Shown one piece after another: positions 11,013 to 21,800 of a DNA stretch of 64,000 nucleotides; the first letter of the stretch is position 1, and every line of letters begins with the position of its first letter. The position numbers and the translations under genes were made by a program. Source of the stretch: an uncultured bacterium (GTDB lineage: Bacteria; Oederibacteriota; PGYV01; CAWJRG01); the NCBI GenBank assembly GCA_963845185.1, contig CAWJRG010000009.1:352001-416000 (forward strand), read 5' to 3'. The notes under the pieces were generated by a model that worked only from the letters and a program-made list of their open reading frames with translations, had not been told where the DNA came from and searched no databases.

Positions 11013-12047
11013 ATGCATTATGTCGGAGTTGATCTTCACAAAGAACAGTCATGGTTTTACGTTTCAGATCATGAAGGCAAAAGACTTATCAGTAAGAGTA
11101 TATCAAATTCGGAAGAGGAATTGAAACGGATATTTGAAATGATCCCAAAGCCATTCAAGTTGGGAGTAGAGGCCACAAGAAACTGGTACTTTTTTGTTGA
11201 TTTAGCCGAGCTTTATGCGGAAGAAGTCAATCTCGCGAATTCTTTCGAGCTCAAGGCTTTTGCAAAACGAAATAAGAAAACCGACAAGATAGACGCAAAA
11301 CTAATTTGCGATGTTCTGCGAATGGGTTTTCTTCCGAAAGTCAACATACCGCCAAAGCCCATAAGAGAAATACGTGAATTAATAAAATATAGAATGTCCC
11401 TTGTGTATGAGCGAACTTATAATATCAACAGGCTCAAAAATACGATGGGAAAACTAGGGCACGAATGTTGCAGCGATCTTACAAGATATAAACACTTAGA
11501 CAAAGTACAGACGGAGGAATTACCGGAGATATATAAAACTGTTATTAAAGGGCATCAAGAAAGGATTAGATTTTTAACTGAAAAAATTAATAGTATGAAA
11601 TTGTATCTCAAAGAAACGTTTGAAAATGACCCTGATATTAAGAACCTGATTACAATACCAGGCTTGAGTTATCTAAGCGCGGCAATAGTAAAGAGCGAGA
11701 TGATAGATGTAGCAAATTTTGCATCTTTTAACCGCCTTTGTTCCTTTGCCGGACTAGCTCCGCGAGTGAGCCGGAGTGCTAAAAAAGATATACACGGGCC
11801 TTTAAGCAGAAACAGGCGTAAATTACTTCAGTGGATATTGTTGGAAATAGTTCCTCATTATGTTAGAGCCTCAGAGGAAAAGAAAGCAAGATTCGATGAA
11901 ATAGTTAAAAGAAAAAGTTATAATACGGCAAAAGTTGTATTGGCCAGGGATCTTTTAAAGGTAATATATAATGTGCTACGAGATAAAAGAGAATATTATA
12001 GAAATACAATTCGGTCAACGGCGGGTGTCGCGCTCCACGGTGTCTGA
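11013..12047 (+). CDS. IS110-family DEDD recombinase/transposase
   Basis: VGVDLHK, GVEAT, KTDKIDA (DEDD RuvC domain); C-terminal FAGLAPRVSRSAK with the conserved Ser. Confidence 0.96.
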   Translation: MHYVGVDLHKEQSWFYVSDHEGKRLISKSISNSEEELKRIFEMIPKPFKLGVEATRNWYFFVDLAELYAEEVNLANSFELKAFAKRNKKTDKIDAKLICDVLRMGFLPKVNIPPKPIREIRELIKYRMSLVYERTYNINRLKNTMGKLGHECCSDLTRYKHLDKVQTEELPEIYKTVIKGHQERIRFLTEKINSMKLYLKETFENDPDIKNLITIPGLSYLSAAIVKSEMIDVANFASFNRLCSFAGLAPRVSRSAKKDIHGPLSRNRRKLLQWILLEIVPHYVRASEEKKARFDEIVKRKSYNTAKVVLARDLLKVIYNVLRDKREYYRNTIRSTAGVALHGV

Positions 12048-12190
12048 AGTGCGTTTTTTAACGCAGCTTCGTTAGGTCTGATTAGCGGGCATCCGCTGTC
12101 CAAGATTATCAAGCAGGCAGGCAATAGTCCTGCGCTGCCAATGGGTGACTGAAACCGGATTATTCCGGGTTTCTTGAGATAACAACGGAC
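12018..12190 (+). ncRNA. Bridge RNA/seekRNA of the IS1111-type element (target- and donor-binding loops); ends approximate
   Basis: Guides match the empty target (ACGGTGTC 12037-44, TCTGA 12077-81) and the circle junction (ATTATCA 12105-11, AATGGGTGA 12140-48); each pair flanks an inner hairpin. Confidence 0.8.
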
Positions 12191-12680
12191 GGCTGAATGA
12201 AATTACAGAGGATTAACAAGGATTGGAATTCATTAACGTGATACGTGTCTTTATATTTGACAAACACTTAAATGGGTGACACCGTCGCCCACATATACTA
12301 TAACGCCGACAAAGACTGAAGTTCCGGCATCTTTTTATTTTAGATTAATAGCAAACTCTCCAAACCCAGCGAATAACTATACTTATATTATTTATGAGAT
12401 AGGCATAGGAGCAGAAGTAAAAGTAATAATATACACAATAAGCGGTGAAAAAGTAACTACGCTTGAGCAAGAAGGCTCGCAGGGAAGAAACCGCCTTCGA
12501 TGGAACTGCAAAAATTTTGCAGGCCATGACGTAGCAAGCGGAGTATATATTTATAGAATTGAAGCAGTATCAGGCAGCAATAAAGCAAAAGCGTGGAGTA
12601 AACTGGCGGTTTTAAGGTGATAGAACTATCTTAAGTGGTGTTTTATATGGTGAAAACCATTTCTGTTTATTAAAATTAAC

Positions 12681-12709
12681 TTGACCTTTTGAATTTTATG
12701 CTATATAAT
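12681..12709 (+). promoter_or_regulatory. Sigma70-type promoter upstream of GH74 gene
   Basis: TTGACC-N17-TATAAT. Confidence 0.6.
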
Positions 12710-12815
12710 TTATATAAAAGGTGAGGCAGCAGGTTAATAATACTTAATTTGTTTTGGGAAAAATTATAGCAAATTAAAATTATTTAACCAAATATAAAAT
12801 CCAAAAGGAAAAACC

Positions 12816-15800
12816 GTGAACACAAGAAACCAGGTCAATAAATTCAAAAATACAATAATATTATTATTTTTATTTATGATATTTCTTTCATTAGTCCAAA
12901 GCCTTTCAGCCGCGGCAGCTTATACGTGGACGAATGTAGTTGTTCCAGCCGGAGGATTTGTGGCTGGCGTGGATTACAGCCCGGTGCAGCAAGGGCTTAT
13001 TTATGCCAGAACCGATATGGGCGGTTTTTACCGCTGGGATAACACCAACAACGTCTGGATACCTTTAACCGATATGTATGGCCTAAGCCAGTATACCTAT
13101 CACGGCGGTGAAAGCATAGCACCTGACCCGGTCAATGCTAATAACGTTTATGCGGCGGCTGGAATGTATTTAACCAACGGTAATGGGGCTATACTCAGTT
13201 CAACTAACCAGGGCACTTCCTGGACAATCAATCCAATTGCAGTTCCCATGGGAGGCAATAATGACGGCAGGGAAGCAGGTGAACGCCTTGCTGTCGACCC
13301 GAACCTAAACAGCATACTCTATTTCGCTTCACGTAATAACGGTCTTTGGAAAAGCACCAATTCAGCTGCCACTTGGGCACAGGTCGCAAGTTTCCCGACA
13401 AACGGCGACGCCAATTATGGATTAACCTATGTAATTTTTCTTCCTGGCGGAAATCCTTCCTCCGGCACAGAAACTATTTTTGTCGGCGTGGATTCCATGA
13501 GCGCGGGAAACAGCAGCCTCTACCGTTCCACGAACGCCGGCAGTAGCTGGGCCGTGGTCCCAGGCGGGCCTACCAACATGATAACTCCACATGCTTCATT
13601 AGGAACAGACGGGACTTTGTGGATTGTATATGACAGCGGCGGATACGGTCCCAACAGCATTACCACGGGGCAAATTTGGAAATTAAACACCAGCACACTG
13701 GCTTGGACACAGGTAACTTTACCTGGACCGGCTGCAGGTAACGGGGGATATGGTGGGATATGCGTGGACCATCAAAACGCCCAACACGTAGTTGTCTCAA
13801 CCCTGGATTGGTGGGGTGGCCCAGACCATATCTACAGTACCACCAATGGCGGGACAAGCTGGTCAGTCATAGGGAACGCACAAAACAGCTGGGACGCTGC
13901 GCCTTATGCTGTTTACAACAACAATGGAGCATTATGGACAAGATTTTGCGGTACATATGACGGAGGTACAGGATGGCAGGGGGACATCAAGATAGACCCT
14001 TTTAATTCAAACAATGCTATATATACCACAGGAGGAGGCGTTTGGAGCAGTACCAGTATAGAGGCAGGGACGCAGCCCGCTGGTGTCACCTGGATTTTCA
14101 CCGACTATGGATTGGAGGAAACGGCTGTAACCGATATGATAACTTCAGCACCGGGTGGGGTTTTCTTCAGCGCAGTGGGGGATATAACCGGGATGCGGCA
14201 TCCAAACGTAACACAATCTCCTCCGCTTGGAATGTATTGTGACCCATCCATGAGTACCACAGACGGCATTGATTATGCTGAACTTAACACGAATTTTGTG
14301 GTTCGCGAGGGGCACAGTTTATCAAGCGGCACCACTTCTGCCGGCGGATATTCCACTGATAACGGGCAGACCTGGACAGCTTTTGGCTCAAACCCGAACG
14401 GTTATTCTACAAGCGGCGGAAACGGGCAAATATCAGTAAATGCCAACGGTACTGTGATTCTTTGGGCGCTGCCTTCCAGCACAGCAGTATATTCTTCAAA
14501 CAACGGCACGACCTGGAATAATACATCAGGACTCCCTAACGGAGCTCAAATATGTTCGGACAGGGCAAATAATACTATATTTTATGGTATTTCAGGCACA
14601 ACACTTTATGTCAGTACAAACAGCGGGGCCAGCTTTTCCAGCGCGGGTACATATTCAGGCAGCATATCATGGGCTAACAGGCCAAGGGCTGTTTTTGGCA
14701 TAGCAGGTGAAGTCTGGGTTCCGACAGGCAGTGGCCTCTATCGGTTTACTAATGTAGGTTTGGGAACTGTGGCAACCACGCAGATTGCAAATGTGTCAAG
14801 CGCAGTGGCTGTAGGATTTGGCAAGGCGGCTTCAGGACAAACACATCCAGCGGTTTACCTGGCTGGGACTTTGAGCGGAACCTATGGCTTTTTCCGTTGC
14901 GATGACGGAGTCGGTACCACCTGGACCCAAATAAACGACGCTAATCACCAGTTCGGCGCGGCTGAATTCGCAGCAGGGGACGAAACGGTTTACGGCCGCA
15001 TGTATGTAGGTACCAATGGAAGGGGCATTCTTTATGGCGACATTTCTACTTCAGGTACTTCTACTGTAACACCGGCAATAACTTTAACTTATACAAGTAC
15101 AGCTACGCCAAATCCGACGAGAACTTTTACACCAACATATTCATACACATTGACTTCAACAAGGACGTCAAGCCCGACATATACCAGCACCCAGCAGATG
15201 ACACCGACTTCGACAGGAACAGCAACCGCAACTGTTACGAACACATCTTCATACACTTCAACTTCTACACGAACAGCAACGCAGACCTCAACGCTATCGC
15301 GGACATCTACCTTTACTCCAACAAATACGCCGACATATACAATTACAATAACATCAACAAGCACGCAACAGAATACGGTTACTTTAACAGAAACAAGGAC
15401 AAATACCGGCACTTATACAGCGACAGGGACTAATACCCCGGTACCCACAGGAACAAATACTGTAACACCTTCTTTAACGGCAACAAGAACAAACACGGTA
15501 ACATCTACCTTGACTGCGACTTCTACATCAACATATACAGTAACTCTGACATGGACAAACACCTTACAGAATACTGAAACTTTAACGGCTACAGGGACAA
15601 ATACAACATTGTCAACGGCAACAAGGACAAATACAAGCACATATACTGCGACAGAAACAAATACAGCAACACAGACATCAACAGCAACACGGACAAACAC
15701 TGCAACGACGACATTTACTGCGACAGCTACTCCAACATACACAATTACTCTGACATGGACAAGCACGTCACAAAACACAGTAACTTTAACTTCAACAGGA

Positions 15801-18161
15801 ACAAATACTGCAACACCTTCCTTAACGGCAACACGAACAAATACGGTAACGTCGACTTTGACTGCTACACCTACGCCAACATATACAGTTACATTAACAT
15901 GGACAAACACGTTGCAGAACACGGCAACTTTAACGGCGACACGTACAAATACATCAACGCTGACATTCACTGAGACAATTACGCCAACATATACAGTTAC
16001 ATTAACATGGACAAACACGTTGCAGAACACAGCAACTTTAACGGCGACACGTACAAATACATCAACGCTGACATTCACTGAGACAGTTACACCAACATAT
16101 ACAGTTACATTAACTTGGACAAATACACCACAGAACACGGCAACTTTATCAACGACATCTACTCTTACGGCGACAAGGACAAATACTGCGACGAATACAC
16201 CCACATATTCTGCTACAGCGACATGGACACTTACATTTACAACTACTTTTACGGTGACAGGAACATTCACGGAGACATTAACTTTAACAAGAACGATAAC
16301 ATCAACGCTAACTAATTCACCTGTGGTATCAGAAACACCAACTTATACAGCAACGATTTTTACCCCGACAATTACGCCAACGTCCACAATATCACCGACA
16401 ATTACATTGACAGATACAGCATCGCCTACTGGGACACCAACTTTTACTGCGACAAGGACAAACACAGGCACAAATACGCCGACTTATACAGTAACTTTGA
16501 CATGGACAAACACATCACAGAACACAGTAACATTTACAGCTACGGGAACAAATACGACAAATCCTACAGGTACAAGTACAGGGACACCTACACTTACAGT
16601 TACACGGACAACTACAGTTACAAATACGCCGATAAACACACCTTCATATACAGTAACATTGACTTATACATTGACAGTTACATCAACATTTACCAATTCA
16701 CCGGTGGTATCACCTACGCCGACATTTACTAATATAATATTCACATGGACAATTACGCAGACTTCTACCTCATCGCCAACAATCACATTGACAAATACAC
16801 CATTACCAACAGGTACAGATACGGAGACGGTTACGTTCACTGCGACAAAAACAGACTCCGCAACCACAACCTTCACTGTTACACCTACGCCAACATATAC
16901 AGTTACATTAACATGGACAAGTACGTTGCAGAATACTGCCACTTTAACAGCAACAGGAACAAATATAGCGTCGCCTACAGTTACATATACAAATACCTGC
17001 GATTGTACGGGCACAGAAACAGTGACACCTACATTTACGTTTGTAGCGACAAGGACAAACACCGGAACATCGACAGTGACGAATACGTCCACAAATACAC
17101 CTTCGTTTACAGAAACATTGACATCCACAACAACAATTACATTAACATTAACTAATACTGAGGTTGTGTCAGAAACACCGACTTATACAGCGACAATTTT
17201 TACGCCGACAATTTCACCGACGTCTACCGTAACACCAACAATAACATTGACAGATACACCATCACTAACAGACACGGTAACGTCGACTGCAACAGAAACA
17301 GAGACAAGGACAAATACATTATTACCTACACTTACAAATACGCCAGAGAATACCGCAACAAGCACAGTGACGCCTACTGTAGGAGCAAACCTTGTAGCGG
17401 ATATTACTATTTCACAGGGGAGTGCAATGATAGGGCAGGATATAACCGTAATAATGCAGGTAGTAAATACAGGGACAAATGGCGTGAATAATTTACAGCC
17501 TTCAGCGCTGGCTCAAACAGGCGGTGGAACAGCTATCCTTATAAGCGGGCCCATGCCTGCAAGCACTGCAATAGTCTCAGATTCATCAGGATCATTTACG
17601 TGGGTATATACAGTGACTTCCGTGGCAGGAAATATAGCATTCAGCGGGTCGGCAAGCGGCACAGACGCGATAAACGGCACAATAGTATCAACTGCGATAG
17701 TGACCAGCAATCCATTAATATGCGTTACAGCCACGGCAACAATAGCAAATTCAATTACAATTACCGTAACGCCGACATATACAATAACGCCTAGTATTAC
17801 GACAACAAATCCAGTTGCGACAGCCAGCTTTACACCGACAAACCAGGTTCCTGTTTTCACGGCTACAGCCACATTTGTAATTACTACACAGCCGCCAGGG
17901 CCGCCAAGGATATATCCAAACCCAGTAAAAGACAGGTTTAGATATGTATTTACCCTGACGGAAGATGCAGATATAGAAATAACTATATATACAGCGTCAT
18001 ACAGGCTGATAGCAAAATTTGATCAGTGGCAGAGCGCAGGATTAAATACTATTATAATCGGCGTACAAGGCTTGGCAAACGGTACATATTTTATCGTATA
18101 CAAGCAAAAAGGTCAGACAACAAATACAAAGAGAATTGATAAATTTATCATTTTAAAATAA
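12816..18161 (+). CDS. Secreted GH74 xyloglucanase/endoglucanase + ~780-aa Thr-rich tract + Ig-like domain + T9SS type-A-like C-terminal domain
   Basis: Signal peptide; YARTDMGG, GERLAVDP, GDITG, YVGTNGRGI (GH74); C-terminal IYPNP...IYTASYRLI...LANGTYFI...KFIILK. Confidence 0.9.
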   Translation: MNTRNQVNKFKNTIILLFLFMIFLSLVQSLSAAAAYTWTNVVVPAGGFVAGVDYSPVQQGLIYARTDMGGFYRWDNTNNVWIPLTDMYGLSQYTYHGGESIAPDPVNANNVYAAAGMYLTNGNGAILSSTNQGTSWTINPIAVPMGGNNDGREAGERLAVDPNLNSILYFASRNNGLWKSTNSAATWAQVASFPTNGDANYGLTYVIFLPGGNPSSGTETIFVGVDSMSAGNSSLYRSTNAGSSWAVVPGGPTNMITPHASLGTDGTLWIVYDSGGYGPNSITTGQIWKLNTSTLAWTQVTLPGPAAGNGGYGGICVDHQNAQHVVVSTLDWWGGPDHIYSTTNGGTSWSVIGNAQNSWDAAPYAVYNNNGALWTRFCGTYDGGTGWQGDIKIDPFNSNNAIYTTGGGVWSSTSIEAGTQPAGVTWIFTDYGLEETAVTDMITSAPGGVFFSAVGDITGMRHPNVTQSPPLGMYCDPSMSTTDGIDYAELNTNFVVREGHSLSSGTTSAGGYSTDNGQTWTAFGSNPNGYSTSGGNGQISVNANGTVILWALPSSTAVYSSNNGTTWNNTSGLPNGAQICSDRANNTIFYGISGTTLYVSTNSGASFSSAGTYSGSISWANRPRAVFGIAGEVWVPTGSGLYRFTNVGLGTVATTQIANVSSAVAVGFGKAASGQTHPAVYLAGTLSGTYGFFRCDDGVGTTWTQINDANHQFGAAEFAAGDETVYGRMYVGTNGRGILYGDISTSGTSTVTPAITLTYTSTATPNPTRTFTPTYSYTLTSTRTSSPTYTSTQQMTPTSTGTATATVTNTSSYTSTSTRTATQTSTLSRTSTFTPTNTPTYTITITSTSTQQNTVTLTETRTNTGTYTATGTNTPVPTGTNTVTPSLTATRTNTVTSTLTATSTSTYTVTLTWTNTLQNTETLTATGTNTTLSTATRTNTSTYTATETNTATQTSTATRTNTATTTFTATATPTYTITLTWTSTSQNTVTLTSTGTNTATPSLTATRTNTVTSTLTATPTPTYTVTLTWTNTLQNTATLTATRTNTSTLTFTETITPTYTVTLTWTNTLQNTATLTATRTNTSTLTFTETVTPTYTVTLTWTNTPQNTATLSTTSTLTATRTNTATNTPTYSATATWTLTFTTTFTVTGTFTETLTLTRTITSTLTNSPVVSETPTYTATIFTPTITPTSTISPTITLTDTASPTGTPTFTATRTNTGTNTPTYTVTLTWTNTSQNTVTFTATGTNTTNPTGTSTGTPTLTVTRTTTVTNTPINTPSYTVTLTYTLTVTSTFTNSPVVSPTPTFTNIIFTWTITQTSTSSPTITLTNTPLPTGTDTETVTFTATKTDSATTTFTVTPTPTYTVTLTWTSTLQNTATLTATGTNIASPTVTYTNTCDCTGTETVTPTFTFVATRTNTGTSTVTNTSTNTPSFTETLTSTTTITLTLTNTEVVSETPTYTATIFTPTISPTSTVTPTITLTDTPSLTDTVTSTATETETRTNTLLPTLTNTPENTATSTVTPTVGANLVADITISQGSAMIGQDITVIMQVVNTGTNGVNNLQPSALAQTGGGTAILISGPMPASTAIVSDSSGSFTWVYTVTSVAGNIAFSGSASGTDAINGTIVSTAIVTSNPLICVTATATIANSITITVTPTYTITPSITTTNPVATASFTPTNQVPVFTATATFVITTQPPGPPRIYPNPVKDRFRYVFTLTEDADIEITIYTASYRLIAKFDQWQSAGLNTIIIGVQGLANGTYFIVYKQKGQTTNTKRIDKFIILK
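15873..16150 (+). repeat. 108-bp (36-aa) near-identical tandem repeat inside the GH74 Thr tract
   Basis: TPTYTVTLTWTNTLQNTATLTATRTNTSTLTFTET(I/V) at 15873 and 15981, partial third copy at 16089. Confidence 0.85.
17162..18161 (+). repeat. ~1-kb direct repeat copy 1 (end of Thr tract, Ig domain, C-terminal domain); copy 2 at 22774-23773
   Basis: Colinear, highly similar DNA at constant 5612-bp offset, beginning GGTTGTGTCAGAAACACCGACTTATACAGCG. Confidence 0.9.
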
Positions 18162-18311
18162 AATATAATTTTATCATTTAAACAAGAAATTTTACTTTAA
18201 AATGTTCTTAAAAAGGGAAAAGAAAAATTTTTTTAATACTTCGGAACTTTTTTGGAAAATATTTGTCTAATAATTATGAGATATTACCGAAAACTACCCG
18301 GAGGCAATTTG

Positions 18312-18674
18312 ATGAATATTATAAAAGAAGACTTTAGGGACATTTTATCATATAAAGAAGCCCTTGCAATAATATGTATATCCATAAATTATGCTTATCA
18401 TCAGGCCATAATAGATATTGAACGAATGGCGAAATTTATTGGTTTATCAACTGACGATTTAAAAAAAATGGGAAGAGTATTTGAAATTCTCAAGCTTGGA
18501 AAAATTCAGTTAAAAGACGGCAGGGAAATACTTGAAGTTTATGATGTTAAAGATGAAGAAGTAAAAAATACCATGTATGAGGCAATCTGGAATAAAAAGG
18601 ATGACTATGCAGCAATCTGCCAAAAGCTTATTGCGGATGGCATAGAAGGTGTATACGAGATAAACGCGAATTAA
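18312..18674 (+). CDS. Hypothetical cytoplasmic protein (possible winged-helix fold)
   Basis: GGAGG RBS before ATG 18312 (in frame with listed ORF 18252); segment IERMAKFIGLSTDDLKK is HTH-like, weak. Confidence 0.6.
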   Translation: MNIIKEDFRDILSYKEALAIICISINYAYHQAIIDIERMAKFIGLSTDDLKKMGRVFEILKLGKIQLKDGREILEVYDVKDEEVKNTMYEAIWNKKDDYAAICQKLIADGIEGVYEINAN

Positions 18675-18738
18675 TTATTCTATTCAAGTGTTCGTGAATT
18701 ATTGCTAAGCATGATAAACCATTCAAAACAAAGCCAAG

Positions 18739-18767
18739 TTGACAAGCACTGTTTTATATAGTAAACT
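18739..18767 (+). promoter_or_regulatory. Sigma70-type promoter upstream of GH30 gene
   Basis: TTGACA-N17-TAAACT. Confidence 0.55.
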
Positions 18768-18829
18768 TAGTTAAAGGTTTAAACAAGTGTGAATTGTGAA
18801 CAATACCAAGTCCGGGAGAATTCAGTCAA

Positions 18830-21800
18830 ATGAAAATCAAAGTAATATCCATATTAATTTGCCTTATTGCATTAGGCATGTCATCAATTATTTATGGTGG
18901 AAACTGCACTGTTGATTGGGGAACAGTGCATCAAAGCATAAGAGGTTTTGGCGCATGCAGTGCATGGAGCAGTACTGCCTTTCCGAGTGCACTTGCCGAC
19001 TTTTTTTTCGATACCAGCGGGTCAAATTTAGGCATATCAATTTACCGAACAAGAATACCCCCCGACGGAACAATGACAGGAGAAATTTCTTCAGTGCAGG
19101 AAGCTCTTGCCCGGAATGCAAATATTATTGTTTGGGCAGCGCCGTGGTCGCCGCCAGCGAGCATGAAAAACACCGATAATGTCGATACTGGTGTACTTTT
19201 GACATCGGATTACCAAGCATATGCAAATTATCTCACTACTTACGCTAAAAATTTCCAAACGGCAGCCGGTGTAGGATTGTATGCTATGTCAGCACAGAAT
19301 GAACCTGATTGGCCCACAGGCTCTTATGAGGGTTGCACATGGAGCGCCCAGCAACTGCATGATTTTATATTAAATAACCTTGGCCCAGCAATGGCATCAA
19401 GCAACCCAAATGTAAAAATAATGATGCCAGAATCTTTTGGCGATAATCTGGCTATGTCAGACACTACATTAAATGATTCCAATGCGGCGAAATATGTAAG
19501 TGTAGTAGGAGAGCATCTGTACGGCCTGAGCGGAAATGAACCCAAAACTCCCAATGCTTATCCATTGGCTGTTTCACTCGGCAAGGAGTACTGGGAAACA
19601 GAATTCTACAATAACAGCCTTTCTTCTTATGACGCCACCATGACCGAAGGGTTAAATACAGCAGTCCAAATGCATGATGCCCTTACAATAGCAAATTTTA
19701 ATGCCTACCATTACTGGTGGTTTGTCTCGAGCGGGACAGACAACGGCGGTTTGGTGCCAACCGGCACCACATCATCATCAGGTGCGCCAAAAACGGCTTT
19801 TTGTTTTGGCCAATTCTCGAAGTTTATTAGGCCCGGTTATGTCAGGATGGACAGTACTGTCAATCCTACAAGCGGAGTTTATGTATCGGCATATCAATTG
19901 GCATCAACCGGCGCCTTCGTAATAGTAGCCATTAATACAAATTCATCCACAACGAGCCAGTCGTTTACCCTGAATGCAATGTCTGTTTCATCAGTTACAC
20001 CGTGGGTTACCGACCCAAACAACAGCCTGACACAGCAAGGCGCTCAGGCGGTATCGGGAAATAGCTTTACATACAATTTGACTGCCAGCAGCGTAACAAC
20101 TTTTATCGGAGTAAGCGGGAATATTACTGTTTCACCCACTGTTACGTTTACGATAACGCAGACTCCCACGCCGGTTTGCGGAGTGGAGCTTGATAATTTT
20201 GCCTCGTGCAGCACCACAAATGCCTGGGGTGCAGGCTGGTATGATTTTGCTGATACAGGTACTACTTTAACACCATCACCATTAACGCTTGCATCAACTT
20301 CATCTGGATCGTCGGGATGTTCCGCACAGATAAGCGGAACACAGAGTACCAGTGGTTATGCCGGTCTTGGCACAAACCTGGATTCCGCTGGAACAACAGT
20401 GAATATGACTGCTTATACGGGTGTCCAATTTTACGTGAAGGGAGATGGTGGTACATATTGGTTTCAGGTTACAGAACCAAGTGTAACAGATGGGGATAAT
20501 TTTGGACATTCTTTTACTGCTCCGACAACATGGACGCTAGTTACCATATACTTTTCAAGTCTTGCGCAGCGCGGATTCGGGACAGCAGAAACTTTTACTC
20601 AAAATCAACTTGAAGCCCTTCAGTGGATGACAACTGCAGCGGGAAGCTTTAATCTTGATATTGATGATATAGTTTTGATCAGCTCTGCGTGCAATTCTCC
20701 CACTAATACGCCAAATATGACTAAAACTAATACGCCGACTCTTACAAGGACTCCTACGTCAGCACAAAGTCCGACATCTTCTTCAACCGCAAGTTATACT
20801 GTAACAGCAACAAGGACAAGCACATTAACAACAACAGCCACGGCAACTCTAACAGGCACATATACGGCAACAGGAACATTAACGCCTGTTAATACTGCCA
20901 CATTGACCATAACTCAGACTTTCACACTAACGTCAAGCAGGACAGCTACTTCTTCAAATACAGCAACAGGCACGTTAACATTCACACCGACACTTACAGT
21001 TACAAAAACAAACACATTAACAAATACGCCTACATATACAGTCACTCTGACTTGGACAATAACATCACAAAACACAGCAACTTTAACAGCCACAAATACA
21101 AATACAGCATTGCCGGCAGCTACAAGGACAAATACCGGGACAAATACCATTACAATGACAGAGACAAGCACAGGAACGCCTACGCTTACTGTGACAAAAA
21201 CAAACACATTGACAAATACTCCTACTTATACAGTTACGCTGACCTGGACAAACACGGCACAGAACACGATAACTTTAACAGCAACAGGGACAAACACACT
21301 ATTGCCGACAGGGACAAGTACATCGACGCCTACATTTACTTCGACAAGGACAAATACACCGACATATACATTAACTCTGACTTGGACAAATACACCGCAG
21401 AACACGTCGACTTTAACTTCAACGGGCACAAACACAGTATCAATGACGGCTACAAGGACAAATAGCGGGACAAATACAATTACAATGACAGAAACCAGCA
21501 CGCCATTGAATACAGCGACTTTAACAGCAACAGACACAAATACTGCAACGCTAACGCTTACTACTACAAGAACAAATACTTTAACTGTCACTTTGACAAG
21601 TACAATGTCCAACACAGCGACGCCGACATTGACAGTGACATTAACTTTCACGAGGACAGTTACACCAACAAATACAAATTCACCAGCAGTATCACCAACG
21701 CCGACATTTACGAATATAGTATTTACGTGGACAATTACGCAAACATTCACTGTATCGCCGACAATTACATTGACAGATACACCGCTGCCAACGGGAACTA

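Larger units (their letters stand above)
10920..12279 (+). mobile_element. IS110-family (IS1111-type) insertion sequence, 1360 bp
   Basis: Sub-terminal inverted repeats TTAAGTGTTT (10927-10936) and AAACACTTAA (12262-12271); TGA present at both junctions; short left end and long right non-coding end; removal restores the host ORF. Confidence 0.93.
9344..12620 (+). pseudogene. Secreted PQQ-like beta-propeller protein with Thr/Pro tract and T9SS type-A-like C-terminal domain, split by an IS110-family element (pieces 9344-10919 and 12280-12620)
   Basis: Repeated 'TG..GFP.T' blades and YFGT...YAVDA..GT.LW propeller motifs. Joining 10919 to 12280 gives in-frame ...QTLTPSPTYT... ending in SPNP...IYTISGEKV...ASGVYIYRI...KLAVLR. 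Confidence 0.85.

Noticed and set aside
12276..12620. Stand-alone 114-aa gene
   Set aside because: It is the severed C-terminus of the 9344 gene
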